Of a stretch of DNA of 64,000 nucleotides, positions 12,786 to 24,734 are shown piece after piece. Both the position numbers and the translations under genes were made by a program. Origin of the DNA: Octopus vulgaris (taxonomy: Eukaryota); contig OX597819.1 in NCBI GenBank assembly GCA_951406725.2, positions 60,326,001-60,390,000 of the forward strand, in the 5' to 3' direction. The first letter of the stretch is position 1, and each line of letters begins with the position of its first letter. The notes below the pieces were generated by a model that was given only the letters and a program-made list of their open reading frames with translations, made no database searches and had not been told where the DNA came from.

Positions 12786-13539
12786 TCAAGTGGGCAAGAT
12801 GATGTTAATTTTCAGAAGAGACAACCATGGAGTAATATACCAACATGTATGTGTTATAGATAGAAGATAGTAAAGAAATATAGTATACATATAGGTTCAC
12901 ATTATCCAATATGTCCTTCCATCTTTTTAAGACAGTAGCATCTAATCTGAGAGAGATTTGGTTCCTATTTATAGCAGGCTGAGAAACCATACAGAGGTTT
13001 CTTGATGGCTCACACCAGTTTAATAATTTGGTTCAGTTAAATAGAGTATACGCCTACTTCCAAATTTGTGGCTTCATACCAAGGTTATAAATCATTATGT
13101 TATAATAAAGCTGTGTATATTGTGTGTACCATTGACAGAACATTGGATTGGATGTTTTACAGTCTCAGGTTTATTGACTTTCTGTTTCCATGTTCAATAC
13201 AGTCAACTTGAAATTGTTATCCTTCTTAGATTGATAAAGTGAATTTGCCACTGATATTTGCAATAAAAATCATAAAAATTATATTTCATCATGTCTGTGG
13301 ATTCCTCTCTCTCTTTCTCATTTTCTCAAGTATACACATATACATACATATATGTATGTATTTTATATATATATATATATAGTTTATTGCTAGCTTATTT
13401 GTGTCTTTGTCTTTTCTCCTGGTGCTGTATGAATTACTTGATGTGGTTTTAGATTCAAGTTTTGACTGCTATCTCTAGCATGGTGGTATCTTTTAGATAC
13501 CCTTAATTATAATTTTAATAATAATTATTTACATAACAC

Positions 13540-13626
13540 ACTCACCGGTAAAATTTCCACTTTTCAAAACTATTGAAAAGGTTGCAAGACGCAACGAAAA
13601 TTTTAGGACAATAAAAATTATTTACA

Positions 13627-13630
<4 letters not shown>
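13540..13630 (+). mobile_element. Penelope-like fragment containing a minimal hammerhead fold
   Basis: CTA-TTGAAAA-G-GTTGC-AAGAC-GCAAC-GAAA-AT-TT-TAG at 13570-13606. Confidence 0.5.
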
Positions 13631-13656
<26 letters not shown>

Positions 13657-13663
<7 letters not shown>

Positions 13664-13965
13664 AAAGTAGAAGTTGAAAATGCACAGAGAATAGTTAAAA
13701 TATTTGTTATTAATATATTTAAAGCTTTAACCGGTTTCACAGTTTACACTGATTTTCAAAAAGTTCAAATAGAAAGATGCGGCTTATGTCACAAGTGTCT
13801 TGCTTCTGACTAGTGTTTGAAGTTTGTCCTATTTTTATAAGCCATCTTTCTATTTGAACTTTTTGAAAATCAATGTAAACTGTGAAACCAGTTAAAGCTT
13901 TAAATATATTAATAAAAAATATTTTAACTGTTCTCAGTGCATTCTCATCTTCTATTTCTTCCTAT
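13657..13965. repeat. ~130-bp inverted repeat (13657-13787 / 13836-13965), Penelope-like inverted terminal repeat
   Basis: Arms are near reverse complements, each carries a hammerhead-like fold, and (TA)n tracts lie on both sides. Confidence 0.8.
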
Positions 13966-14834
13966 ATTTCTACCCGTGTGGAATAAAATAAATTTTGTTT
14001 GATATATATATATATATATATATATATCTTTGGGATAATACATCTTGAAGCACACAGTTGTAAATATTGGGTTATAAAACCCTTTTGGATAGAAAATGTT
14101 GAAGATTGCACGCACACATACATACATATATGCATACAATACATACACATATGTACTTATACACATATATACACATACGTACATGTTTAATTGTAAAAGA
14201 GAGTAGAGAACAGAGGAGCTGAAGAGAAAGGAATGGTGCCAATCAATCAGAATTTGTTGAAAATTTTCTATGGCCAGATGCCCTTCCTGTTGCCGACCCT
14301 CACTTGTTCTCTTTCCAAGTAAGATATTATTTCCCCATGCTTGGATATGTTTTTATGGAAGATTGAAATACACGGCACCTTTTGTAAGACAATGACACTC
14401 ATTTACAACTATCTTGCGATGTCAAGAGAAGGAGAGACACAAACAATGGACATCTTTCAGTTTCCATCAACCAAATCTACTCACAAAGGTTTCATTGGCC
14501 TGGGGTTTTAGTAAAAGATACTTGCTCAAGGTGTCATGTAGTGAGACTGAACCTGAAACCTCATGGTTGGGAAGGGAACTTCTTAACCTCACAAGCACCA
14601 TTCCTGTGCCTTTATATCTCATAAAATTTTGAAGTATAATTTTTTAAAAATTTCTACCATTTCTGTAATTAAATGATTAATCTGGCACTGAATTTGAAGA
14701 TAAAAATGAGGTTGTTCCACCACTTTCTATTGTAATTCAGAATAGTAAAGTCAGTAATTTATAATTACAAAACAACATGCTATCCAAATAAAACCAAGAT
14801 TAACTGTTTCCTACCACATATCATGGTTGATTAA

Positions 14835-15055
14835 CCCTTTCGTTACTGTATTTATTTTGAGATGCTCTGTGCTTCTTCCAATTATTTTAAATATAACAAA
14901 GAATTTAGTAAAATAACATGGATATCATTGAGCTAGTGTTAGGAACATAAATTTTGACTAAGGTTTGGTGGAAGATTTGAATTCAAAACTTATGAAAACA
15001 AGACATTTATACTAAAGAGCCAGAGCCGGTTTCAGTCGGGTTGGTAACAAAAGGG
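14835..15055. mobile_element. piggyBac-like MITE
   Basis: TTAA|CCCTTTCGTTAC ... GTAACAAAAGGG|TTAA (TTAA TSD, CCC/GGG ends). Confidence 0.85.
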
Positions 15056-15944
15056 TTAAAGAATGAAAGCTGCAAGAGGAATACTGTGGCCCAAGTAAAA
15101 GAGGCTGACAATTTTGAACATGTCAATAATTTTGAAATATTTTGTAGAAACAAACCACCTAGCTGCAATGCTGCAATATGGAGTCTTTTGCCTGCAGACA
15201 ACTGTCTACCTTTGAAGCTATCTTGTGAAAGTGGTATCAGCAATGAAATCTGTTATCTTTTGTTGTAAAACCTGTTAGCAGAAGAAATCCGACTGATAAT
15301 AGGAATATTAATGGCTGCATTTATATCATTCTAATTGAAGCAGATGTGAGAAAAGAGAAAAGAATATGTGAGATGTGAGAAAAGAATAAGGAGTGGCTGT
15401 CTGGTAAATTTAGCATTTGTTTCATTAAAATAATTGTGTAAAACTGCAACAGTGTTATTTATGCATGTCATGTATCAAGACTTTTCATTATTAGAAGCTT
15501 GGGCCAATAAACGTCAAATGAAATTTAATATCTTAAAATATGTCATGGTGATTGTTGGACATGACTAGCCATATAAACTCAGTATTGTGCCAATTTAGAT
15601 ATTTTGATGCTACTACTACCCATGACCAAAGATTTAACATAATACCTAAATAAAAAGAAAAACATGATAAAATCTTTGATATACTCTGTAAGTCTCTCAG
15701 GAAAAAAACTATCACAAAACCAAGACCTACTTATACAAAACCATTTCATTTGTAGAATAGAACATGGTGAGTTTGTATGGAACCCATAAACAAAATAACC
15801 ATTGAAATTTAGAATCAATAACAAGAAAAAGGCTTTCGATTGGCACACAAGTGATAGAATGGAGGTTGAAGTATTTGTGTTCTTCAGAATGAAGAGACAA
15901 GCTAAAGAATTTAATATTTCTGGCAAAATATCATGTGCCGCTAC

Positions 15945-16095
15945 TTTCTAAGTTCAAATTCCACCAAGGTCAACTTTGCCTTTCATCCTTTCAGGGTCAA
16001 TGAAATAAGTACCAGTTGAGTACTGGGGGTTCATGTAATTGACTTAGCCCTTCCCCCGAAATTGCTGGCCTTGTGCCAAAATTTGAAACCAATAT
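15945..16095 (+). mobile_element. SINE family B 3' part
   Basis: AGTTCAAATTCC...GCCTTTCATCCTTTCAGGGTCAA...AAGTACCAG...GGCCTTGTGCCAAAATTTGAAACC. Confidence 0.75.
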
Positions 16096-16233
16096 TACTT
16101 GCAAAATATTTCAGAGCAGACTGTCAGTGGATCATGAACATCACTGGAAACACAATATGGTATAGAATACTAGGACTAAACCTGCTCGTACTTGTTCAGA
16201 CATAAACTCGCTGGGAAGTATCTGACTGAGCAT

Positions 16234-16628
16234 GCAGGAGTGGCTGTGTGGTAAGTAGCTTGCTTAACAACTACATGGGTCTGGGTTCAGTCCCACTGCA
16301 TGGCACCTTGGGCAAGTGTCTTTTACTATAGCCTCAGGCCAACCAAAGCCTTGTGAGTGGATCTAGTAGACAGAAACTGAAAGAAGCCTGTCGTATATAT
16401 GTATGTATATGTGTGTGTGTGTGTTTGTGTGTCTGTGTTTGACCCCCCAACAATGCTTGACAACAGATGGTGGTGTGTTTATGTCCGTGTAACTTAGCAG
16501 TTCGACAAAAGAGGCCGATAGAATAAGTACTAGGCTTCCAAAGAATAAGTCCTGGGGTCGATTTGCTTGACTAAAGGCGGTGCTCCAGCATGGCCGCAGT
16601 CAAATGACTGAAACAATTAAAAGAGTTA
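16234..16628 (+). mobile_element. SINE family A, full length
   Basis: A/B boxes, core, microsatellite and tail all present. Confidence 0.88.
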
Positions 16629-16941
16629 AAAAAAAAAGGTAGTCCACACTCGTAGCTAACAGTTGTATGCTGTCCTTCACTTCCAGATTGTGGAAACTTA
16701 CCATAATATTTCATCTAAATACAGTGAAATTTTTTATGGGCATATATGGGTTAACACTGAGCTTATTGAATATATATAGTGCTGAGAGTAAACACCAACA
16801 TTAAAAAAGATTTTAAAATACTCATACTTTAATTGCTTACATAAAAGCATACCAAAGTGCAGCAAACAACCAAGTACTGGTTCAAAAGCAGTATGAAACT
16901 GGAATAATAGCAGACCCATCAAATACACAAATTCTTGAGTT

Positions 16942-17158
16942 CAGTAATCCCTCGTCATATCGCGGTTCACCTATCACAGTTTATTATTTAAGCTTACGTT
17001 GATTTCTCCATGGTGTTGTTTTGCATTTATAATAAAATAAATATGTACAAATTATAAAAATAATAGAAAAAATATACAGTACTGTTTCTACTTCACAGAT
17101 TTTCACCTATTGTGGTGGGTTTTGGAACGTAGCACCCACGATAGTCGAGGGATTACTG
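16942..17158. mobile_element. Tc1/mariner (pogo/Tigger-type) MITE
   Basis: TIRs CAGTAATCCCTCG / CGAGGGATTACTG followed by TA. Second copy at 61658-61882. Confidence 0.8.
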
Positions 17159-17471
17159 TATAACCATTCCCAGAAAGACATGGAAGCTAGAGAGTCCGGC
17201 TGACTATAAGACATCCAAGATGTGAATGGAATTATAACAGAAGGATTTGGGACTGCAATAGCTTAGTATATGTAGATTTTGAACAGGCCAATAGAAAGTA
17301 GTCTTTCAATAGCATCATTCTTAATCAGAACAGACAGAATTGCATGCATGTGTGTGGTGGGGTGTAAATTTATATATGTTCAGGTAGTGGGTAATATACC
17401 AAATGGTGAATGTAAAAAGTTCAAAATGAATTGAAGTTTGCCTTTTAGTTGGGGCAAGAAAAAAATTTTGT

Positions 17472-17748
17472 GACAAATGTTAGTGACTCTCAAAGAAAAA
17501 GGGTGATAATTTCAAGCATAAGGATAAATGTAACAGAAAATTGAATTTCTTTATTTAGTGGAATAAAATCTTATCTTTGTTAACAAGCAAAGCAACAAAT
17601 ATATTTCATGCGGCAGATGTTAGCGACTCTCTAAGAAAAAGGGAGATAATTTCAAGCATAAGAATAAATGTAACAGAAAATTGAATTTTCATACTTAATG
17701 CAATAAAATCTGATCTTTGTTAACAGTTAAAGCAACAAATATATTTCA
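17472..17748. repeat. Two-copy tandem duplication, 140-bp period
   Basis: The unit CA(A/G)ATGTTAG(T/C)GACTCTC...GCAACAAATATATTTCA occurs twice with scattered substitutions. Confidence 0.9.
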
Positions 17749-18591
17749 GTCTCCTGGGATTCCTTTTTTTAGCACTCTTTGACTGGGTAAGATGAAGCAA
17801 GAGGAGTTTCTAATGACAAGCCAAAGTGCCTCAGATGGATAAATCACTAATCAGAATTGAGTGTAGATGGTGTAATGTCCAATTACACCATCTGGTTACT
17901 GATTCCTCCAAAGTTTCACTTCGATGTATTGACAATCGTTGTCCTATCATCATCACTCATTTAATGTCCACTTTTCTATGCTTGCATGGATCAGACAGAA
18001 TTCATTGAGGCAAATTTTCTACAACTTGATGTCCTATTATGATTTTTCTGTTGCCAACCCTCATTGGTTCTCAAGCAAGGCAATAATCCACCAGACTATC
18101 AAGCAACTAACAATCTAGACATAGTTACACCGTGAACTGAAAACAAATAACAACATTGTTTACAAAGATGGTGCAACATGCCAAGACATGTTAAGAAGTC
18201 CAGACATGCTTTCGCAATTGACTGCAAGCAAATGACACCCTTTACATATACACTCAGCAAACACACATGAAAATGAGAGGAAATCAAACACAATCACACA
18301 AATGCACACAGGAATTGATTTATTGATTGATTGATTGATTGATATAGACAGACAGACAGACGGATAGACATAGGTAGATAGACAGAAAGATAAATAGATA
18401 GACAGGTATGACAGGCTCCTTCAGTTTCTGTCTACCAATCTTTGCTCACAAGGGACTGGTAGACCCATGGCTATATCATAGAATGTCAATTGACAATAGT
18501 CACACAGTGGAACTGAACCCTTAGTCACAAGGTTCTGAAGCATACTTCTTGACTACACAACCAAACCTGCACCTATGTATAATGAATACGT

Positions 18592-18828
18592 ATCTATTTC
18601 TTTACTACCTACAAGGGGCTAAACACAGAGGGGACAAACAAGGACAGACAAACGGATTAAGTCGATTACATCGACCCCAGTGCGTAACTGGTACTTAATT
18701 TATTGACCACTAAAGGATGAAAGGCAAAGTCGACCTCGGCGGAATTTGAACTCAGAACGTAACTGCAGACGAAATACGGCTACGCATTTCGTCCGACATG
18801 CGAATGTTTCAGCCAGCTGGCCGCCTTC
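18592..18828 (-). mobile_element. SINE family B, young subfamily with GTAAAGAAATAG end
   Basis: Near-identical to the reverse complement of 47830-48058. Confidence 0.85.
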
Positions 18829-20434
18829 GTATCATTACACAATTTCATTTTCAGTGTTCATGCTAGTCTACTTCATTTATGCTGAAATAAGCTCCTTGGA
18901 AAAGTATGAGTGCCACTACTTCTCCTTTTCTTTTTACTCTGAATCATGGGACTTTCATACTTTGTTGAAAAAAACTAACACAATTTTTTTACATCTGATA
19001 CTATTGTTTCTCTTGAATGATATTGCTTTCTTCCTGTACAAGGCACAAAGCCAACTTTTCTAGTGAGATGTGTGATCAGCTGAATCTTCTCTTACGCGAA
19101 TCTGTGTGAATCTTTGTAATTCATGAAAGAACAAACTAAATTTTCCATCTGCTAATGCTATATCATTTAATGCTTTTACCAGATTGCTCATAAAGATCTT
19201 TGTGGGATCATCATCATCATTAACGTATTAACAAGTTGTGGGATCATCATCATCCATTAACGTTTTATCATGTCTGCACAGGCCAGACAGAACTTGGATG
19301 ACAGAAAAGGCATCCAATGTAGGAAATCAATAGACAGATTTTCTGTAGCTGGATGTTCTTCCTGTCACCAACCTGTCCTTGTTTCCATACAAGGTAATAT
19401 TTCCCCATAACCAGACAGGTTTTCATGGAAGCATGATAAAGAATGACACCTCTTGTATGACGGCCATACTTGTCTTACAACTACCATAAGATGTAGCTTG
19501 GTGCAGTCCTCTGGCTTGCCAGCTGCTGTCAAACCATCCAACCTATGTCAGTACAGAAGATGCATGTTAAATGATGATGATGATGTTTCATCTATTTTAT
19601 TCAGTCATCTTTCAAACATGCAATGTTCTTATAGTTATGTTAAGACTAAGACAGAGATAAGAGCATCAAGAATTCAGAGGTAATTAAATACCAGTCAAGA
19701 ATCAGTGTTATACCTATAATACAGCAGATATTTGTATGGAATCATAAAAGAAGATTTATCAAATATAGCTGATTGGATTGTAGAAAATGATCGATTCATT
19801 TTTCTGGTTATTGAACTCGCAGAACTCACCGTTGTTCATGACAGGTTAAAAAAAAGAAAAAGCAAACAAACAAACCAAAAAAATTCAGCCAAACAAACTA
19901 TGCCTGTTATATCAGTTTTCACTTCTCATCTGTTCATCTTCAGAAGCAATCAATGAAATACTTCTGAAAGCTGACTGAATGACGGTACAGCACGTTAACA
20001 TTATTGTTGAAGACGTTTATTGATTGAATATATTTTCGTTCACTATGGTCTTAAGTTAGTAGAGTATTTAATTTTGACTTCGCTAACATCAGAACAATCG
20101 CATTTCTTTTTTTTTTTCGAACTAATTTCATTAATTCTTTTTCCAAACTTAATGCACAAACTCAAATACACACATTCACCTGTTTACACACACAAACACA
20201 ATACATTATCACCATCATCATCATTATCATCCACTTTTCCATGCTTGCATGGGAATTTGTTGAGGTAGATTTTCCACAGACAGACAGCCTTCAGCTGTTT
20301 CCAAGTAAGGTAACATTTTTCCATAGCCAGACATGGAATATTTACACCGCTTGTATGATGATGCTGTTCATTTACAAGCATCATGTGTTGTCTAGACAAG
20401 AACACACACAAACATACATACACTAAAAATATAT

Positions 20435-20850
20435 ATTCTTTTACTTGTTTCAGTTGTTTGACTCCTACCATGCTGGAGCACCACATTTAGTCGAACAAAT
20501 CGACCTCAGGACTTATTCTTAGTAAGCCTAGTACTTATTCTATCAGTCTCTTTTGTCGAACTGCTAAGTTACGGGGGACTTAAACACACCAACATCAGTT
20601 ATCAAGCGGTAATGGCAGGACAAGCACAGACTCACAAACACATATATATATGTATACATATATACATACATATATATATATATATATCTACAATGGGCTC
20701 CTTTCAGTTTCCGTCTACCAAATCCACTCACAAGGCTTTGGTTGGCCCAAGACAATAGCAGAAGATACTTGCCCAAGGTACTATACAGTGGACTGAACCT
20801 GGAATCATGTGGTTGGCAAGCAAGCTTCTTACCACACAGCCATGCCTGCA
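20435..20850 (-). mobile_element. SINE family A, full length
   Basis: Same structure as 50-460. Confidence 0.85.
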
Positions 20851-20870
20851 CTTATATATATATATATATT

Positions 20871-21190
20871 GCCGGTGGCATGTAAGAGAACCTTCCGTTT
20901 TGCGACTGTTGCCAGCGCCGCCCCGACTGGCCTCATGCCGGTGGCACATAAAAAGCACCATCTGTTCGTGGCCGTTTGCCAGCTCTGTCTGGCACCTGTG
21001 CGGGTGGCACGTAAAAAGCACCCACTACACTCACGGAGTGATTGGCGTTGGGAAGGGCATCCAGCCGTACAAATACTGCCAGATTTGACTGGGCCTGATG
21101 AAGCCTTCTGGCTTCACAGACCCCAGTAGAACCGTCCAACTCATGCTAGCATGGAAAACGGACGCTAAACGATGATGATGATGATGATGA
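20871..21190 (+). mobile_element. RTE LINE 3' UTR fragment with (GAT)n tail
   Basis: Matches the reverse complement of 9340-9715. Confidence 0.85.
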
Positions 21191-21330
21191 TATATATATA
21201 TCAGTGGTATATGGTGGTTGTTGTACTGGGTGTGCTGCCACACCCAATGTCATCAAATTTCAAGCAGGGGTATCAGAAAAGTTTTCCATTAAGAGTTGTA
21301 ATTAAATGAATGAGTGAGGAATATACACCC

Positions 21331-21388
<58 letters not shown>

Positions 21389-21900
21389 TTGATATTTAGC
21401 AGAAGCAACAGAGTAACTCAAAAAGTCCGAGAGTCACTCAAGCTTACACTCTTCGACAGAAAGGATAAAGAGGGGAAAAAATGGGAAGAGAATGAAAAAA
21501 ATTAATATCTATGTTTGTGTATGTGTTTGCATTAGGCATGGCTGTGTGTTATGAGATTTGTTTGCCCACATAGTTCTGGGCTCAATCCCACTGCATACCA
21601 CCTTGGGCAATTGTCTTTGATAAACAAATGATATCTTCAGGCAGTCAACCAATCAGAATGCTGAACAATAATAACTGACCAGAACATATGATAAACAAAT
21701 GATATACTCAGGCAGGCAGTAACCACAATAGTAGACCACAGGCAGACAAAAGCAAGTGATGTAACTGAGTAGGTAACCAATGAGGACTTGATCCTCTCTT
21801 AAAACCTATATATACAAAGCAATATCAGCTTGAATCGTGGCTCAAACAAGTGAACAATTCTCCTTCACTCACTACTAAAGAACTTGTAAAATAATTCCCT

Positions 21901-22323
21901 AGGAGTAGGAGTGGCTGTGTGGTAAGTAGCTTGTTTATGAACCACATGGTTCCAGGTTCAGTCCCACTGTGTGGCACCTTGGTCAAGTGTCTTCTACTAT
22001 AGCCTCGGGCTGACCAAAGCCTTGTGAGTGGATTTGGTAGACGGAAACTGAAAGAAGCCTGTCATATATATGTATACATATTGGTATGTGTGTGTATATG
22101 TTTGTGTGTCTGTATTTATCCCCCACCCTCCAACATTGCTTGATAACCGATGGTGGTGTGTTTACGTCCCTGTAACTTAGCAGTTCGACAAAAGGGACCA
22201 ATAGAATAAGTACTAAGCTTCCAAAGAATAAGTCCTGGGGTCAAATTGCTCAACCAATGGCGGTGCTCCAGCATGGCCACAGTCACATGACTGAAACAAT
22301 TAAAAGAGTAAAAGAGTAAAGAG
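21901..22323 (+). mobile_element. SINE family A, full length
   Basis: A/B boxes, core and (GTAAAAGA)n tail. Confidence 0.88.
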
Positions 22324-22769
22324 TTACTCTTTAAAATTTTCATTGTATGTAATTGCTAATATAATTCATAACTTTGAAAGCTATTGAACTTTCAGTCGTC
22401 TACCATGTATTATTGGTATGAAATTTATTGAAAATTTAAAATTATATCATCCCCTATTGCTGTGAAACTTGTTGATACTTGAATTTTAATCCTTGAGCAA
22501 AATCCTTCATTTCATATTGCTCCAGCCTATTCAGTTGAAAATAAGTACCAGCTGAGTGCTAGTGTAACTCTCTCTCTCCAGCTGTCACATCCTCAATATG
22601 ACACTGCATCAAAGGGTGGGAGAGTCAAGAAAATGCCTATGTCCACTGGTTCTGCATAAACAATTAAGAAAAGCATGTACATAGTACATGTTACTAAAGC
22701 CACATTTGTTCAGAGGTGGCAGCTGGTTCTGTTTAGCCTCTTTCAGCCCTCAGAGACCAAGTATTGGGT

Positions 22770-22880
22770 GGATTTATACAAAAACCAGTAGCGGTTCATA
22801 AATTTATTGCCTGCTACAAGAAAATATATGAAGAAAAGAAAATTATTTAAGAGACCTCTTGACTGGCTTTTCAAGGGGTC
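22770..22880 (+). pseudogene. Possible pogo/Tigger transposase C-terminal relic
   Basis: ...IACYKKIYEEKK... followed, after a frameshift, by LDWLFK resembles the Tigger C-terminus. Short and degenerate. Confidence 0.25.
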
Positions 22881-23467
22881 ACAAGAGGCAAGATGAACAA
22901 GAACAAATGCATCTATATCTACAGGAACTTCCAAGCCATTCTTAAACCCTGTTCCTCAAATAGAGATCGACTTTGTGATGATGTTTTAGCAGATACTTGG
23001 TCAAGTACTATGAATGAGACACCACAGTTTTTCCTGATTGGTCTGTAAATGAACCAATCAGTGTGAGGCTGTGGTGTGATATGGTTTCCTTGAATGTTCT
23101 ACAATTTAACCTCTAGTCCCTTACAAAAATATATTTTGGCACTTTAACTCATTGTCGTGTGTGGAAAGCAGCTGACTGATCCATGTGTCTCCTCTCTTGG
23201 CATGCGGATGGTTCTAGACATCTGCGCAGACAACTCCAAGTTCTCAGACAGACCTATTTTGAACATTCACACATCTCATAAGTAATTTCTATGGATGCAG
23301 TGCAATTTTTCTCTTTGTCCCATTCAGTATTAATATTGTTCATTGTAAATACTCAACACCAGATATCATTATGTCCAGCTATAAATATCAAATTAAATAT
23401 CACAAGGTCTGCTTGTTCTTTGAGTGGTGGGGAATGATGATATATTTCATTGTCTGCGTGAATAATA

Positions 23468-23979
23468 CCGTAAATCCTCAAGTATAGTCTGCCCTTGCGT
23501 ATAATACGCAGTGGATATTTAGGGGACTGTACCTCTGAAAAACCTAAACCTTGTGTATAATATGCACCCCTTCTCTAACTTGAGTCAAGGAGGTCTATAT
23601 AACGTCCTTGGTTTGTAAAAATGTATACGGTAACTTCCTTTATTATTATTGTATATATAACATAATGCAAACGTGTAGCTTTTTTGTGCATTTTGTTTGC
23701 AGAAAATAAAGAAATAACAGTAATAACGTTTAATAAATGTTGCTAACTGCAAGTTATGGATGATTCTTTTATGACTTCATTGCTTTCAGGCTTAGCTTAA
23801 GGTATTTTCGCACCTGACATCACAAAATGCAACTGAATAAACATTGCCGGACAGCAAATAGAGACTCGGACCTTGCTTAGAAAATAATTTTCATTTTTAA
23901 CCTTGTATATAGTACGCACTAGAGATTTTGACCTTTAAATTTTTGGGGGAAAATGCGGATTATACTCGAGGATTTACGG
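23468..23979. mobile_element. pogo-like non-autonomous DNA transposon
   Basis: TA|CCGTAAATCCTCAAGTATA ... TATACTCGAGGATTTACGG|TA (TIRs with TA TSD). Confidence 0.85.
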
Positions 23980-24501
23980 TAACTGAAATAAACTCTGATG
24001 TGGAAGCTCTTTAATTTTGTTATGTGGCCTCACCAGGAGGGTTGAGGTCACGAAAATAGTACTCAGTTCTTTCTATAAAGTGATTAGCATTATGAAGGGT
24101 AGTTAGTCGTAGAAACCATGAAACATCGGTGCAACACATTGGTGTACACCGACCAGTTAGATCCAGTCGAAATGTCCAACCCATATCAGCCTAGAAAGCG
24201 GACGTAAAATAATGATGATCATGGTTGCATACACACACACGGGAGTTTGTACATGGTCACTGAATCTGTTAGTAATAACTGCCAAATCTCTCTCAAATTT
24301 ACAACCCTACTGTTTCCAATAAGGAAGAGAAATATTGGACAATGTATTCTAGATTGTCCTAAAAAGGAGGGATGGTTACATCTAGAACGGTTTTGATCAT
24401 GAGTCTGTTCAATCAGGACTAGCCTGCCACTAAATATCAATAACATCACTACACATGAAGAAAGGTGTAACTGTTTTCTTAAATAACTAGCACAAAACAG
24501 C

Positions 24502-24734
24502 GGTACTACTTAAGAAGAGTGGTCCCGGTGCGCACACTCGCGTACTCGCGCTAGCTAGTCGTGACTAGTCGATCCTTACTTTGTGTTTTTGTTTTATTTA
24601 CTTTGTGTAAAAAAAAATATTTATTTTGTGTTTTATTTACTTTGCTAGGTAGTCGTTGTAGGGTCGACTAGTCACGACTAGCTAGCACGGATGCGCGAGT
24701 ACGCGCACCGGGACCACTCTTCTCAAGTAGTACC
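24502..24734. mobile_element. Hairpin MITE with GGTACT termini and degenerate 9-bp TSD
   Basis: ~75-bp TIRs GGTACTACTTAAGAAGAGTGGTCCCGGTGCG... / ...CGCACCGGGACCACTCTTCTCAAGTAGTACC. Flanks CAAAACAGC and CGAAATAGC match at 7 of 9. Confidence 0.85.

Noticed and set aside
16234-16310. tRNA gene (also at 21901, 37960, 60376 and 62969)
   Set aside because: A/B boxes are present, but there is no complete cloverleaf and each continues into a SINE body.
19096-19198. Minus-strand open frame IFMSNLVKALNDIALADGKFSLFFHELQRFTQIR ending near GTAAGA
   Set aside because: Weak acceptor overlapping a repeat edge and no recognisable homology.
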